NCBI GenBank assembly: GCA_963542015.1
Contig: CAUTUX010000005.1
Span: forward strand, 9,557-73,556
Reading direction: 5' to 3'
Source of the DNA: an uncultured Clostridia bacterium
Lineage (GTDB): Bacteria; Bacillota; Clostridia; Christensenellales; CAG-917
DNA: 64,000 nucleotides
Under the pieces are notes generated by a model, which searched no databases, was not told the DNA's origin, and saw only the letters and a program-made list of their open reading frames with translations. The position numbers were made by a program, and so were the translations under genes. Within the stretch, counting starts at the first letter, position 1, and every line of letters starts with the position of its first letter. Positions 19,793 to 28,371 of the stretch are shown here, piece after piece.

Positions 19793-19812
19793 ACAAGTCA
19801 AGGGAGACGATC

Positions 19813-19977
19813 ATGGCGGGAAAGGACGCAAGAATTAGAATAACACTTGCATGTACTGAGTGTAAGCAGAGAAATTACGAACAGAAGAAAAACAAACAAA
19901 CTCATCCAGATAGAATGGAGATGAAGAAGTATTGTAGGTTCTGTAAAAAGCATACTCTGCATAGAGAAACAAAGTAG
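19813..19977 (+). CDS. rpmG: 50S ribosomal protein L33 (Cys-containing, Zn-ribbon type)
   Basis: [22 protein letters not shown]...[21 protein letters not shown] lies before ATG 19813. Confidence 0.93.
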   Translation: MAGKDARIRITLACTECKQRNYEQKKNKQTHPDRMEMKKYCRFCKKHTLHRETK

Positions 19978-19989
19978 TTTGGTAAGTAG

Positions 19990-20406
19990 ATGTCTAAAAA
20001 GAACAAGCAACAAACAAATGAAGCTGATGTTATAGTAGAAGAAGTAGCTGTTGAAGAAACGGTAGAACCTACTGTTGAAGAAAAACCTAAAAAACAGAAG
20101 GCTGCATTTCAAAGTGAAAATATTAAGGTAGAAGAAAAGAAACAAAAAGTAGTCGCCGATAAAAATACCAACAAAAAGAAAAAGGGCGAGAAGAAACCAA
20201 ATATTTTTGTAAGAATGGGCAAAGGAGCTAAGAATACATTTTCAGAGTTGAAAAGAGTTACATGGCCAAAGCCTAAAGAAGTATTTAAAAACAGCTTAGT
20301 CGTTTTAATAGTAGTTTTAATTTTCTTCTTAATATTATTACTTATTGACTTTGTTCTTGGTGGATTGTTAAGTTTGCTACTTACAGGTAACTGGACAAAT
20401 TTTTAA
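19990..20406 (+). CDS. secE: Preprotein translocase subunit SecE with a roughly 75-aa K/E-rich N-terminal extension
   Basis: C-terminal third FSELKRVTWPKPKEV...single TM matches SecE, in the conserved position between rpmG and nusG. Confidence 0.85.
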   Translation: MSKKNKQQTNEADVIVEEVAVEETVEPTVEEKPKKQKAAFQSENIKVEEKKQKVVADKNTNKKKKGEKKPNIFVRMGKGAKNTFSELKRVTWPKPKEVFKNSLVVLIVVLIFFLILLLIDFVLGGLLSLLLTGNWTNF

Positions 20407-20425
20407 ATAGTATCGTAGGAGAAAG

Positions 20426-20968
20426 ATGAGTCAGACAATAACAGAAGAAAAGCCACAATGGTATATTCTGCATGTTTATTCAGGATACGAGTCTATAGTT
20501 GAAAAAGACTTGAGAAATATGGTTGCAAATAACAATTTGAGCGATCAGATTGTTGATATTAAAGTTCCTGAAGTTAGAAGCATAGATGAATCATCTGGCA
20601 AGAAAAAACAAGTAACCCAAAAGAAGTTCCCTACATATGTATTTATTAAAATGATTTATTCAAGTCACATATGGTATTTGATTACTCAGACAAGAGGAGT
20701 AACGGGGTTTGTAGGACCAAAAGGTAGACCATTACCATTGCGTGATGAAGAAGTTAAAAGAATGGAGTTGGAAGCTGTTGAAATAGAGAATATCGACATG
20801 AAGGTTGGGGATCTTGTAAGAGTAAACAGCGGAGTTTTGGCTGACAATATAGGATGCATTAAGAGCATTAATGAATCTAAGCAAACAGTTAAAATATCAA
20901 TTGATTTCTTTGGAAAAGAAACAAATGTGGAATTAAGTTTTTCACAAATTGACGCACTTCATGTATAA
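20426..20968 (+). CDS. nusG: Transcription termination/antitermination factor NusG
   Basis: WYILHVYSGYE NGN domain and C-terminal KOW (GDLVRVNSG). Confidence 0.95.
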   Translation: MSQTITEEKPQWYILHVYSGYESIVEKDLRNMVANNNLSDQIVDIKVPEVRSIDESSGKKKQVTQKKFPTYVFIKMIYSSHIWYLITQTRGVTGFVGPKGRPLPLRDEEVKRMELEAVEIENIDMKVGDLVRVNSGVLADNIGCIKSINESKQTVKISIDFFGKETNVELSFSQIDALHV

Positions 20969-21071
20969 TTGAAAAACGATATAAGGCAAGTTCGCAAGAA
21001 TTAGTTTTATTGGGAGTGGGAGAGTGTAAATCTATTCATGCACTCGTGTAACCACACTAGTCGGAGGATTT

Positions 21072-21497
21072 ATGGCTAAGAAGATCACAGCAGTTGTAAA
21101 ACTGCAGTTACCAGCCGGTAAAGCAACACCAGGACCACCAGTAGGTTCAACACTGGGACCATATGGAATTAATTTACCTGGTTTAACAAAAGAATTTAAT
21201 GAGAAGACAGCAAAGCAAATAGGGTTAATCATCCCAGTTGTCATCACGATTTATCAAGATCGTACTTTTTCACTGGTATATAAGACTCCACCAGCACCAG
21301 TTTTAATTAAAAAAGCATGTGAAATAGAAAAGGCATCTGCAGTTCCAAATAAGGATAAGGTTGCAAAAATTTCTATTTCTAAGGTAAAAGAAATTGCTGA
21401 AATGAAGATGGGTGACTTAAATGCAGCATCAGTTGAAGCAGCGATGGAAATGATTAAGGGTACCGCAAGAAGTATGGGTATCGTTGTTGAGGGTTAG
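21072..21497 (+). CDS. rplK: 50S ribosomal protein L11
   Basis: [18 protein letters not shown]. Confidence 0.98.
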   Translation: MAKKITAVVKLQLPAGKATPGPPVGSTLGPYGINLPGLTKEFNEKTAKQIGLIIPVVITIYQDRTFSLVYKTPPAPVLIKKACEIEKASAVPNKDKVAKISISKVKEIAEMKMGDLNAASVEAAMEMIKGTARSMGIVVEG

Positions 21498-21505
21498 GAG
21501 GAAGT

Positions 21506-22192
21506 ATGAAGAGAGGAAAAAATTACGTAGATTCTAAAAAACTGATTGACCCATCCAAGCTGTATGAAGGGAAAGAAGCAATTGAATTATTAATACAGAC
21601 AGCAAAATCAAAATTTGATGAAACAATGGAACTTCATGCAAAACTCGGTGTAGATCCAAGACACGCCGATCAACAGGTAAGAGGAGTTGTTGTTCTTCCT
21701 AACGGAACAGGTAAGAAAGTTAGAGTGCTCGCAATTGTTAAGGGAGAAAATATTGCAATAGCAAAAGAAGCAGGAGCAGATTTTGCTGGTGCAGAAGAGA
21801 TGGTTGAAAAGATTCAGAAAGAAAACTGGTTTGATTATGATGTTATCGTAACAACTCCAGATATGATGGGACTCATCGGTAGATTAGGTAAAGTATTAGG
21901 ACCAAAGGGATTAATGCCAAATCCAAAATCAGGCACAGTTTCACCAGATATTAAGAAGGCAGTATCTGATATTAAAGCAGGTAAGGTTGAATACAGGGTT
22001 GATAAACAAGCAATTATCCATGTACCATTTGGGAAAAAGTCATTTGGTGTAGACAAGTTGCTCGAAAACTATGAAACACTTATGGAAGCAATAGTAAAGG
22101 CAAAGCCAGTTGCTTCAAAAGGAATATACTTAAGGTCTCTATACATAACATCAACAATGGGACCAAGTATAAGGACAACATTTAAAATATAG
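21506..22192 (+). CDS. rplA: 50S ribosomal protein L1
   Basis: Family pattern ...[24 protein letters not shown]...; conserved position after rplK. Confidence 0.97.
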   Translation: MKRGKNYVDSKKLIDPSKLYEGKEAIELLIQTAKSKFDETMELHAKLGVDPRHADQQVRGVVVLPNGTGKKVRVLAIVKGENIAIAKEAGADFAGAEEMVEKIQKENWFDYDVIVTTPDMMGLIGRLGKVLGPKGLMPNPKSGTVSPDIKKAVSDIKAGKVEYRVDKQAIIHVPFGKKSFGVDKLLENYETLMEAIVKAKPVASKGIYLRSLYITSTMGPSIRTTFKI

Positions 22193-22212
22193 TAAAATAA
22201 GGGCAATAGTGT

Positions 22213-22241
22213 TTGACAGTAGTCAAAACTGTTTGATAATA
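22213..22241 (+). promoter_or_regulatory. Candidate sigma-A promoter of rplJL
   Basis: TTGACA (22213-22218), 16-17 nt spacer, TG-n-GATAAT/ATAATA (22235-22241). Confidence 0.55.
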
Positions 22242-22371
22242 TTGCTTTATTCCAAAGACAGCAAGTGGTGTAAACCGTAACTGTATACTTGCCGAGGATG
22301 AACTAAAGATTGGATAATATTTAGCGTCATTCTCAAAAGGAATGACGTTATTAATTTATAAGGAGGCAAAA
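22242..22371 (+). promoter_or_regulatory. L10-leader-like 5' UTR with a terminator/attenuator hairpin
   Basis: Structured leader (GCAAGT...ACTTGC helix). Hairpin CGTCATTC-tcaaaag-GAATGACG (22325-22347) followed by TTATTAATTT just before the rplJ SD. Position and layout match the Firmicute L10 leader. Confidence 0.5.
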
Positions 22372-22869
22372 ATGGCAGCAACAGCGATAATAGAAGAGAA
22401 AGCCAAACAGGTTGAAGAAATTAAGCAGAAAATTCAAGCAGCAAAATCAATTGTTCTTGTTGACTATATGGGCTTAACAGTATCTGAAGATACAGAGCTC
22501 AGAAAAGACATGAGAGCAAACAAATGTGAGTATGGCGTTTTAAAGAACAGACTTGTTAAGAAAGCATTTAATGATTTAGGTATGACACAGTTTGATGAGG
22601 CGTTGAACGGACCAACAGCAGTAGCATTTTCAAATTATGATGAAGTAGCACCTGCAAAAACAATTGCAACAGCAATGGGCAAGTTCAATAAAATAGCTAT
22701 CAAGTGTGGAATGATTGAAGGCGAGTTCATGGATGATCGTAAGATCAAACAAATATCAGAAATCCCATCAAAAGAAATATTGCTTGCTAAAATGCTTGGT
22801 AGCATGCAGGCACCAATATCAAAGCTTGCAATTTGCTTAAATAAAATTGCAGAACAAAAACAACAATAA
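22372..22869 (+). CDS. rplJ: 50S ribosomal protein L10
   Basis: ATG 22372 with SD AAGGAGG. The ORF-track start at 22342 lies inside the leader hairpin. Confidence 0.95.
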   Translation: MAATAIIEEKAKQVEEIKQKIQAAKSIVLVDYMGLTVSEDTELRKDMRANKCEYGVLKNRLVKKAFNDLGMTQFDEALNGPTAVAFSNYDEVAPAKTIATAMGKFNKIAIKCGMIEGEFMDDRKIKQISEIPSKEILLAKMLGSMQAPISKLAICLNKIAEQKQQ

Positions 22870-22889
22870 AAAATAAAGGAGAAATAGAA

Positions 22890-23261
22890 ATGGCAGATTT
22901 AAATAAGTTAATGGAAGAAATTAAGAAGATGACAGTATTGGAACTCTCGGGTTTTGTTAAACAGCTTGAGGAAGAGTTCGGTGTAAGTGCAGCGGCTCCA
23001 GTAGCAGCAGTAGGTGCAGCGGCAGCAAGTGGTCCAGCAGAAGAAGAAAAGACAGAGTTTGATGTTATCCTTAAAGAAGTTGGAGCAAACAAAGTACAGG
23101 TTATTAAGGCAGTTAAAGATGCAACTGGACTTGGACTTGTTGAAGCAAAAGGAATTGTTGATGGAGCACCTAAGGCAGTTAAAGAAGGTATTTCAAAAGA
23201 AGATGCTGAAGCTTTGGCAGCTAAACTTAAAGAAGCTGGTGCTGTAGCGGAAATAAAATAA
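22890..23261 (+). CDS. rplL: 50S ribosomal protein L7/L12
   Basis: N-terminal dimerisation helix, Ala/Pro hinge, C-terminal ...VKEAK.LVE.AP..VKEG..KE.AE..K..LE.AGA.VE.K. Confidence 0.98.
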   Translation: MADLNKLMEEIKKMTVLELSGFVKQLEEEFGVSAAAPVAAVGAAAASGPAEEEKTEFDVILKEVGANKVQVIKAVKDATGLGLVEAKGIVDGAPKAVKEGISKEDAEALAAKLKEAGAVAEIK

Positions 23262-23290
23262 CTTTTCTAAAACAATACAATTAAATAAAG

Positions 23291-23315
23291 AGCCACCAAA
23301 AGAGTGGCTTTTTTA
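23291..23315 (+). terminator. Intrinsic terminator after rplL
   Basis: AGCCAC-caaaaga-GTGGCT followed by T6. Confidence 0.8.
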
Positions 23316-23360
23316 AGTTAAGTGTAGCAAGTGCATGTTGCAAACAAGTTAAGTAAATAG

Positions 23361-23389
23361 TTGACATTCTTAACTTTTTGTGAGAAATT
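23361..23389 (+). promoter_or_regulatory. Candidate promoter of the rubrerythrin gene, bracketed by AAGTTAAG/CTTAACTT inverted repeats
   Basis: TTGACA (23361-23366), 17-nt spacer, GAAATT. The 8-bp arms at 23346-23353 and 23369-23376 flank the -35. Confidence 0.4.
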
Positions 23390-23480
23390 AGTATTTACAA
23401 AGTGTTTGGATTTGTCTAAGAGAAATCAAGACGCAGGGTGGCTCCTGTTATCCAAATTAAAAACATATATGAGGTGAAAT

Positions 23481-24026
23481 ATGAAAAAGTATATTTGTTC
23501 AGTATGCGGTTATGTTCATGAGGGAGATGAAGCTCCTGAAAGATGTCCACAATGTAAGGCTCCAAAGTCTAAATTTAAAGAAGTAGAAGAGAATCAGAAA
23601 ATGTGGGCAGCGGAACATGTTATTGGAGTTGCTAAAGGAGTTCCTGCGGAAATCATGGATGGTCTTAAAGCAAACTTTGAAGGCGAATGCACAGAAGTTG
23701 GAATGTATCTTGCAATGGCAAGAGCTGCTCACAGAGAGGGATATCCTGAAATAGGGATGTATTACGAGAAGGCTGCACTTGAAGAAGCTGACCACGCATC
23801 TAGATTCTGCGAGATGATTGGGGATATGGTTTCTCCATCAACAAAGAAAAATCTTGAAGCACGAGTTGCCGCAGAATATGGTGCAACACAAGGCAAATTT
23901 GATTTGGCAAAAAAAGCAAAAGAATTAAATTTAGATGCAATCCATGATAGTGTACATGAAATGGCTAGAGACGAAGCTAGACATGGTAAGGCATTTGAAG
24001 GTTTGCTAAATAGATATTTCAAATAA
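23481..24026 (+). CDS. rbr: Reverse rubrerythrin (N-terminal rubredoxin-like CxxC...CxxC, C-terminal ferritin-like diiron domain)
   Basis: [10 protein letters not shown]...CPQCKAP at the N-terminus. E..E..H diiron ligand pattern ([21 protein letters not shown]) follows. Confidence 0.9.
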   Translation: MKKYICSVCGYVHEGDEAPERCPQCKAPKSKFKEVEENQKMWAAEHVIGVAKGVPAEIMDGLKANFEGECTEVGMYLAMARAAHREGYPEIGMYYEKAALEEADHASRFCEMIGDMVSPSTKKNLEARVAAEYGATQGKFDLAKKAKELNLDAIHDSVHEMARDEARHGKAFEGLLNRYFK

Positions 24027-24101
24027 ATTAGCCAAAAAAACAATAACATAGACGGCAAAATAACATGTCGGTGAAAAGATCTGTTTAACGGATAAAAGAC
24101 A

Positions 24102-24136
24102 GCCCCCGCCAACTTTTATGTTGGAAAAAAGGGGGC
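24102..24136 (+). terminator. GC-rich nested hairpin after rbr (possible terminator)
   Basis: GCCCCC-g-CCAAC-ttttat-GTTGG-aaaaaa-GGGGGC. No U-tract follows it on the + strand. Confidence 0.4.
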
Positions 24137-24184
24137 ATAATGTTATACTCTTAATTGTTTTCAAAGGCATTATGAGGGGGAAAT

Positions 24185-25567
24185 ATGAAAGTAGGGTTTA
24201 CCGAAACAGTATTGCGTGATGCGAATCAATCATTGATCGCTACAAGAATGACATATGACCAATTTAAGGACATTTTACCAGTTATGGACAAAGCTGGATA
24301 TTATTCGGTAGAGTGTTGGGGCGGTGCTGTATTTGACAGTTGTTTGCGTTTTTTAAATGAAGATCCATGGGAAAGATTAAGAAACTTACGTCTTGGAATG
24401 CCAAAGACAAAATTACAAATGCTTTTAAGGGGTCAAAACTTATTAGGCTACAAACATTATCCAGATGAGGTCGTTCAGAAATTTGTGGCAAAATCAGTTG
24501 AAAACGGAATTGATATAATTAGAATATTTGATGCACTTAACGATTTGCGTAATATAGAAGTTTCAACAAAAGAAGCAATCAAAAGAGGTGCTACTGTATC
24601 AGGAACAATTAGCTATACACAAAGCCCAGTTCATACTCTTGAAGCTTTTGCAAAATTAGCAAAAGATATGGAGAATATGGGTGTTGCAACAATTTGTGTA
24701 AAAGATATGGCAGGAGTAATGACACCATTTGAGGCAAAGGAGCTTATTTCTGCAATTAAAAAAAGTGTAAAGATTCCAGTTGTATTACATACACACTGCA
24801 CAACGGGAATGGCATACATGACATACTTGAAAGCTGTAGAAGCGGGAGTTGATGTTATAGATACAGCAACATCTTGTTTTTCTGGTGGTACTAGCCAACC
24901 AGCAACAGAAACATTAAATTTTGCATTAACACAGCTAGGATATAAAACAGGTCTTGACGAAAAGGTATTAAAAGAAGTTAATGACTTCTTTAAACCTATA
25001 AGAAACGAATATATTGCAAGTGGCAAGCTTGATCCAAAGATGATGGCAACAGATACAGATGCTTTGGTATATAAAGTTCCTGGTGGGATGTTGTCTAATT
25101 TGGTTTCACAACTTAAAGCTCAAAATGCTATGGACAAATTTGAAGAAGTCCTTATAGAAACTCCTAAAGTAAGAAAAGATTTAGGATACCCACCTTTAGT
25201 AACGCCAATGAGTCAGATGGTTGGAGTTCAGGCAACATCCAATGTTTTGGCAGGAGAAAGATATAAGAATATATCAAAAGAAGTTAAAGCATATTGCCGT
25301 GGAGAATATGGAACGCCACCAGCACCAATTGATAAGGCAGTATTCAAAAAGGTTTTAGGAGATGAGGAACCAATAAAAGGGAGATATGCAGACACATTGG
25401 GACCAATTTTTGATAAGACAAAAAAAGAGCTTGGGAATTTAGCGAAGAGCGATGAAGATGTCCTTTCATATATAGTATTTCCACAAGTTGCTGAAAAATT
25501 CTTAAAAGCCAGAAAAGAAAAAGAAGAGAAAAAAGTTAAGTATACAATTGAAAAGGTAGAGGGCTAA
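24185..25567 (+). CDS. Oxaloacetate decarboxylase alpha / pyruvate-carboxylase-B-type carboxyltransferase subunit (no biotinyl domain)
   Basis: HMGL-like TIM-barrel start TETVLRDANQSLIATR and central PYC_OADA-like region. Ends without an (A/E)MKM biotin site. Confidence 0.88.
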   Translation: MKVGFTETVLRDANQSLIATRMTYDQFKDILPVMDKAGYYSVECWGGAVFDSCLRFLNEDPWERLRNLRLGMPKTKLQMLLRGQNLLGYKHYPDEVVQKFVAKSVENGIDIIRIFDALNDLRNIEVSTKEAIKRGATVSGTISYTQSPVHTLEAFAKLAKDMENMGVATICVKDMAGVMTPFEAKELISAIKKSVKIPVVLHTHCTTGMAYMTYLKAVEAGVDVIDTATSCFSGGTSQPATETLNFALTQLGYKTGLDEKVLKEVNDFFKPIRNEYIASGKLDPKMMATDTDALVYKVPGGMLSNLVSQLKAQNAMDKFEEVLIETPKVRKDLGYPPLVTPMSQMVGVQATSNVLAGERYKNISKEVKAYCRGEYGTPPAPIDKAVFKKVLGDEEPIKGRYADTLGPIFDKTKKELGNLAKSDEDVLSYIVFPQVAEKFLKARKEKEEKKVKYTIEKVEG

Positions 25568-25570
25568 ACC

Positions 25571-25948
25571 ATGCAAGTAGCCAAGCTAAAAGTTGATGGG
25601 AAATTGGTTGGAGAAACTGCAATATATGCAGTAATAGGAATCTTATTGGTATTTATCGTTCTGCTCATTCTTATGGGATTTATTTATTTAATAGGGATGG
25701 CATCAAAGGGAGTTGATAAACTCGAAACAAACGAAAAATATCAAAAATTCAAAGCAATATTTAAAATAAAAAAGAAAGAAGAGAAGCCAGAAGTTGCAAA
25801 AGGGACATGTGGAGAAATTGTGTTGGATAATACAACAGAAAGAGAAGCAGCAATGATAATGGCGATAGTAGCAAATCAGTTAGAAGTTCCTTTAAACACA
25901 TTAAAATTCAAAAGCATAAAACAGATTTCGGAGGGAGAAAACAAATGA
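25571..25948 (+). CDS. OadG-like small membrane subunit of a Na+-transporting decarboxylase
   Basis: Single N-terminal TM (AIYAVIGILLVFIVLLILMGFIYLI) plus a hydrophilic tail. Sits between the alpha and BCCP genes. SD GAGGG. Confidence 0.6.
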   Translation: MQVAKLKVDGKLVGETAIYAVIGILLVFIVLLILMGFIYLIGMASKGVDKLETNEKYQKFKAIFKIKKKEEKPEVAKGTCGEIVLDNTTEREAAMIMAIVANQLEVPLNTLKFKSIKQISEGENK

Positions 25949-26334
25949 TATATAAAGTTACTTTAAATGGAAAAATATATGAAGTTGATGTTGAGCAAGG
26001 TGAAGCAACATTGCTTTCAGAATATGAAGCATCTCTCCCAGAAGTAGCACCAGCAAAACAGGATGTAGCTCCAGTAACACAGGAACAAAAGGCAGCACCT
26101 GCAGTAAGCAGTGGAGCATCAGATAAGGCAATGAAGGCACCATTACCAGGCGTTATTAATGCTGTAAAAGTTACAGTAGGACAGACTGTTAAAAAAGGTG
26201 ATGTGTTAATAATTCTTGAAGCTATGAAAATGGAGAATGAGATTACAGCAGAAACAAACGGAAAAGTATCTAAAATATTTGTTCAAAAAGGAGCGACAGT
26301 TGAAACCGGAGCACCATTGGTAGAGATTGTTTAG
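25945..26334 (+). CDS. Biotin carboxyl carrier protein (biotinyl/lipoyl domain)
   Basis: Ala/Pro linker then LEAMKMENEI biotinylation motif. Confidence 0.9.
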   Translation: MIYKVTLNGKIYEVDVEQGEATLLSEYEASLPEVAPAKQDVAPVTQEQKAAPAVSSGASDKAMKAPLPGVINAVKVTVGQTVKKGDVLIILEAMKMENEITAETNGKVSKIFVQKGATVETGAPLVEIV

Positions 26335-26342
26335 GAGCAGAT

Positions 26343-27524
26343 ATGGGGGATAAATTCAAATCAATTTTTGATACACTTTGGAAAAGTAGTGGGCTCGTAG
26401 GATTTAAAGGTGCGAACGCCCTGATGATCGTCATGATCATATTGGCATGCTTTTTCTTATTTCTAGGTATAAAGAAAAAGTTTGAACCATTATTGCTAGT
26501 AGGTATAGCATTTGGAATGCTTTTAACAAACTTACCACAATCTGAGCTTTTTCACTCGGCTCTATGGACAGGAAAGAATATAGATTACGGCAGAGTGCTT
26601 AGAGAAGGCGGGTTACTTGATTTCTTATACATAGGTGTAAAGACAGGCATATATCCATGTTTAATATTTATGGGTGTAGGAGCAATGACTGACTTTAGTC
26701 CAATATTGGCAGACCCGAAATCATTGATACTTGGCGCAGCTGCACAAGGCGGAATATATCTAGTTCTCATATTAGCAATTGTGATAGGATTCACAGGCAA
26801 AGAAGCAGCATCAATAAGTATTATTGCTGGGGCAGATGGTCCTACAGCAATATTCACAACAAAAACATTGGCACCAGACTTATTGGCTCCAATTGCAGTT
26901 GCAGCATATTCGTATATGGCGTTGATACCATTAATACAACCGCCAATAATGAAGGCTCTTACAACAAAGAAAGAAAAAGTTGTTGTTATGACATCAAAAA
27001 GAACAGTTACAAAGAGAGAAAGAATTATCTTCCCTATATTTGTTACAATTCTAACAGTCATCATATTGCCATCCGTTGCACCACTGATTGGATGTCTTAT
27101 GTTTGGTAACCTATTAAAAGAATGTGGAGTTACAGAAAGATTATCTGAAACAGTTCAAAATTCACTTATGAATACAGTTACATTATTCCTTGGAATTTCT
27201 GTTGGAGCGACAGCAACAGCACAACAGTTCCTTACATTAAAAACATTAGAAATCGTAGCTCTTGGATTGTTAGGATTCATACTTGCTACAGCATGCGGAG
27301 TTTTGATGGGCAAATTTTTGTATCTTGTTTCAAAAGGAAAAATCAACCCATTCATTGGAGCGGCAGGAGTTTCAGCAGTTCCTATGGCAGCGAGAGTTGC
27401 AAATAATTTGGGATTAAAGTACAAAAAGGGAAATTATCTATTAATGTATGCGATGGGTCCAAATGTTGCTGGGGTTATTGGCTCGGCAGTTGCAGCAGGA
27501 TTCCTAATGGCAGTATTTAGGTAA
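26343..27524 (+). CDS. oadB: Na+-transporting decarboxylase beta subunit (OadB/GcdB/MmdB family)
   Basis: Polytopic membrane protein with family blocks GADGPTAIF and GAAGVSAVPMAARV. Confidence 0.9.
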   Translation: MGDKFKSIFDTLWKSSGLVGFKGANALMIVMIILACFFLFLGIKKKFEPLLLVGIAFGMLLTNLPQSELFHSALWTGKNIDYGRVLREGGLLDFLYIGVKTGIYPCLIFMGVGAMTDFSPILADPKSLILGAAAQGGIYLVLILAIVIGFTGKEAASISIIAGADGPTAIFTTKTLAPDLLAPIAVAAYSYMALIPLIQPPIMKALTTKKEKVVVMTSKRTVTKRERIIFPIFVTILTVIILPSVAPLIGCLMFGNLLKECGVTERLSETVQNSLMNTVTLFLGISVGATATAQQFLTLKTLEIVALGLLGFILATACGVLMGKFLYLVSKGKINPFIGAAGVSAVPMAARVANNLGLKYKKGNYLLMYAMGPNVAGVIGSAVAAGFLMAVFR

Positions 27525-28303
27525 TGAAAAAAGAAAAGTTGATTATACAAGAAAAAGGCAGGGAAGTTCCCTGCTTTTTCTATAAATACAGCGTTGTGCA
27601 ATCTACAAATGATTTTGCAAAAAAAATAATAAAAGACGAATCGCACTTTGCAGTATTGGCATACAAACAATCAAAAGGTCGAGGTCGCTATGATAGGCAA
27701 TTTATTTCAAAAAGAAATAGAGGAATATATCTAACAATAGTTTTTAGGACTGATGAAAATATAAAAAAAGTATCGCAATATAGTATGTATGCGGCAATTG
27801 CAGTTAAGCACGTCTTAGAAAAACATGGTAGCGGGAAGATAGATTTTAAATGGCCCAACGATTTGCAGTTAAGTGGATTAAAGTGTTGTGGGATACTTTG
27901 CGAGAGTGTCATGAGAAACAGTGAGAGATATGCGGTAATAGGAATAGGAGTCAACTTATTTTATAAGCAACAAGAGCTTGGAGAATTGAAAAATAAAGCA
28001 ACAAACGCAGTTTCTATCGAAACAAAAAAGAAGAAAAGAAAGATAATAGAAATAGCAAAAAATATAATAGAGGAATTTTTTGGGCTGTTTGAAAAACCAT
28101 ACAAATCAATTTACGATGAATACACATTGAACTGCAATGTATTAAATAAGTATGTGGAACACAAAAACAGAATGGGAAAAGTTATAAGCATAAATGAAGA
28201 CTTGTCTATAAAAATAGATTTTGGAGACGAAATTGCAGACATAAATTACGGGGAAATCATTGTGCAACATGAAAAAAACAAAAATGTGACGGGAAAAGAG
28301 TAA
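27524..28303 (+). CDS. birA: Biotin--[acetyl-CoA-carboxylase] ligase, class I (no HTH domain)
   Basis: QSKGRGRYDRQFIS (GRGRxGR-type motif), KWPNDL. Confidence 0.85.
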   Translation: MKKEKLIIQEKGREVPCFFYKYSVVQSTNDFAKKIIKDESHFAVLAYKQSKGRGRYDRQFISKRNRGIYLTIVFRTDENIKKVSQYSMYAAIAVKHVLEKHGSGKIDFKWPNDLQLSGLKCCGILCESVMRNSERYAVIGIGVNLFYKQQELGELKNKATNAVSIETKKKKRKIIEIAKNIIEEFFGLFEKPYKSIYDEYTLNCNVLNKYVEHKNRMGKVISINEDLSIKIDFGDEIADINYGEIIVQHEKNKNVTGKE

Positions 28304-28371
28304 CAATGGAAATTGTTTAGATTGATTATAAAAGCGGTAAAATATATAATAAATGGGTATTTGGAGGCACC

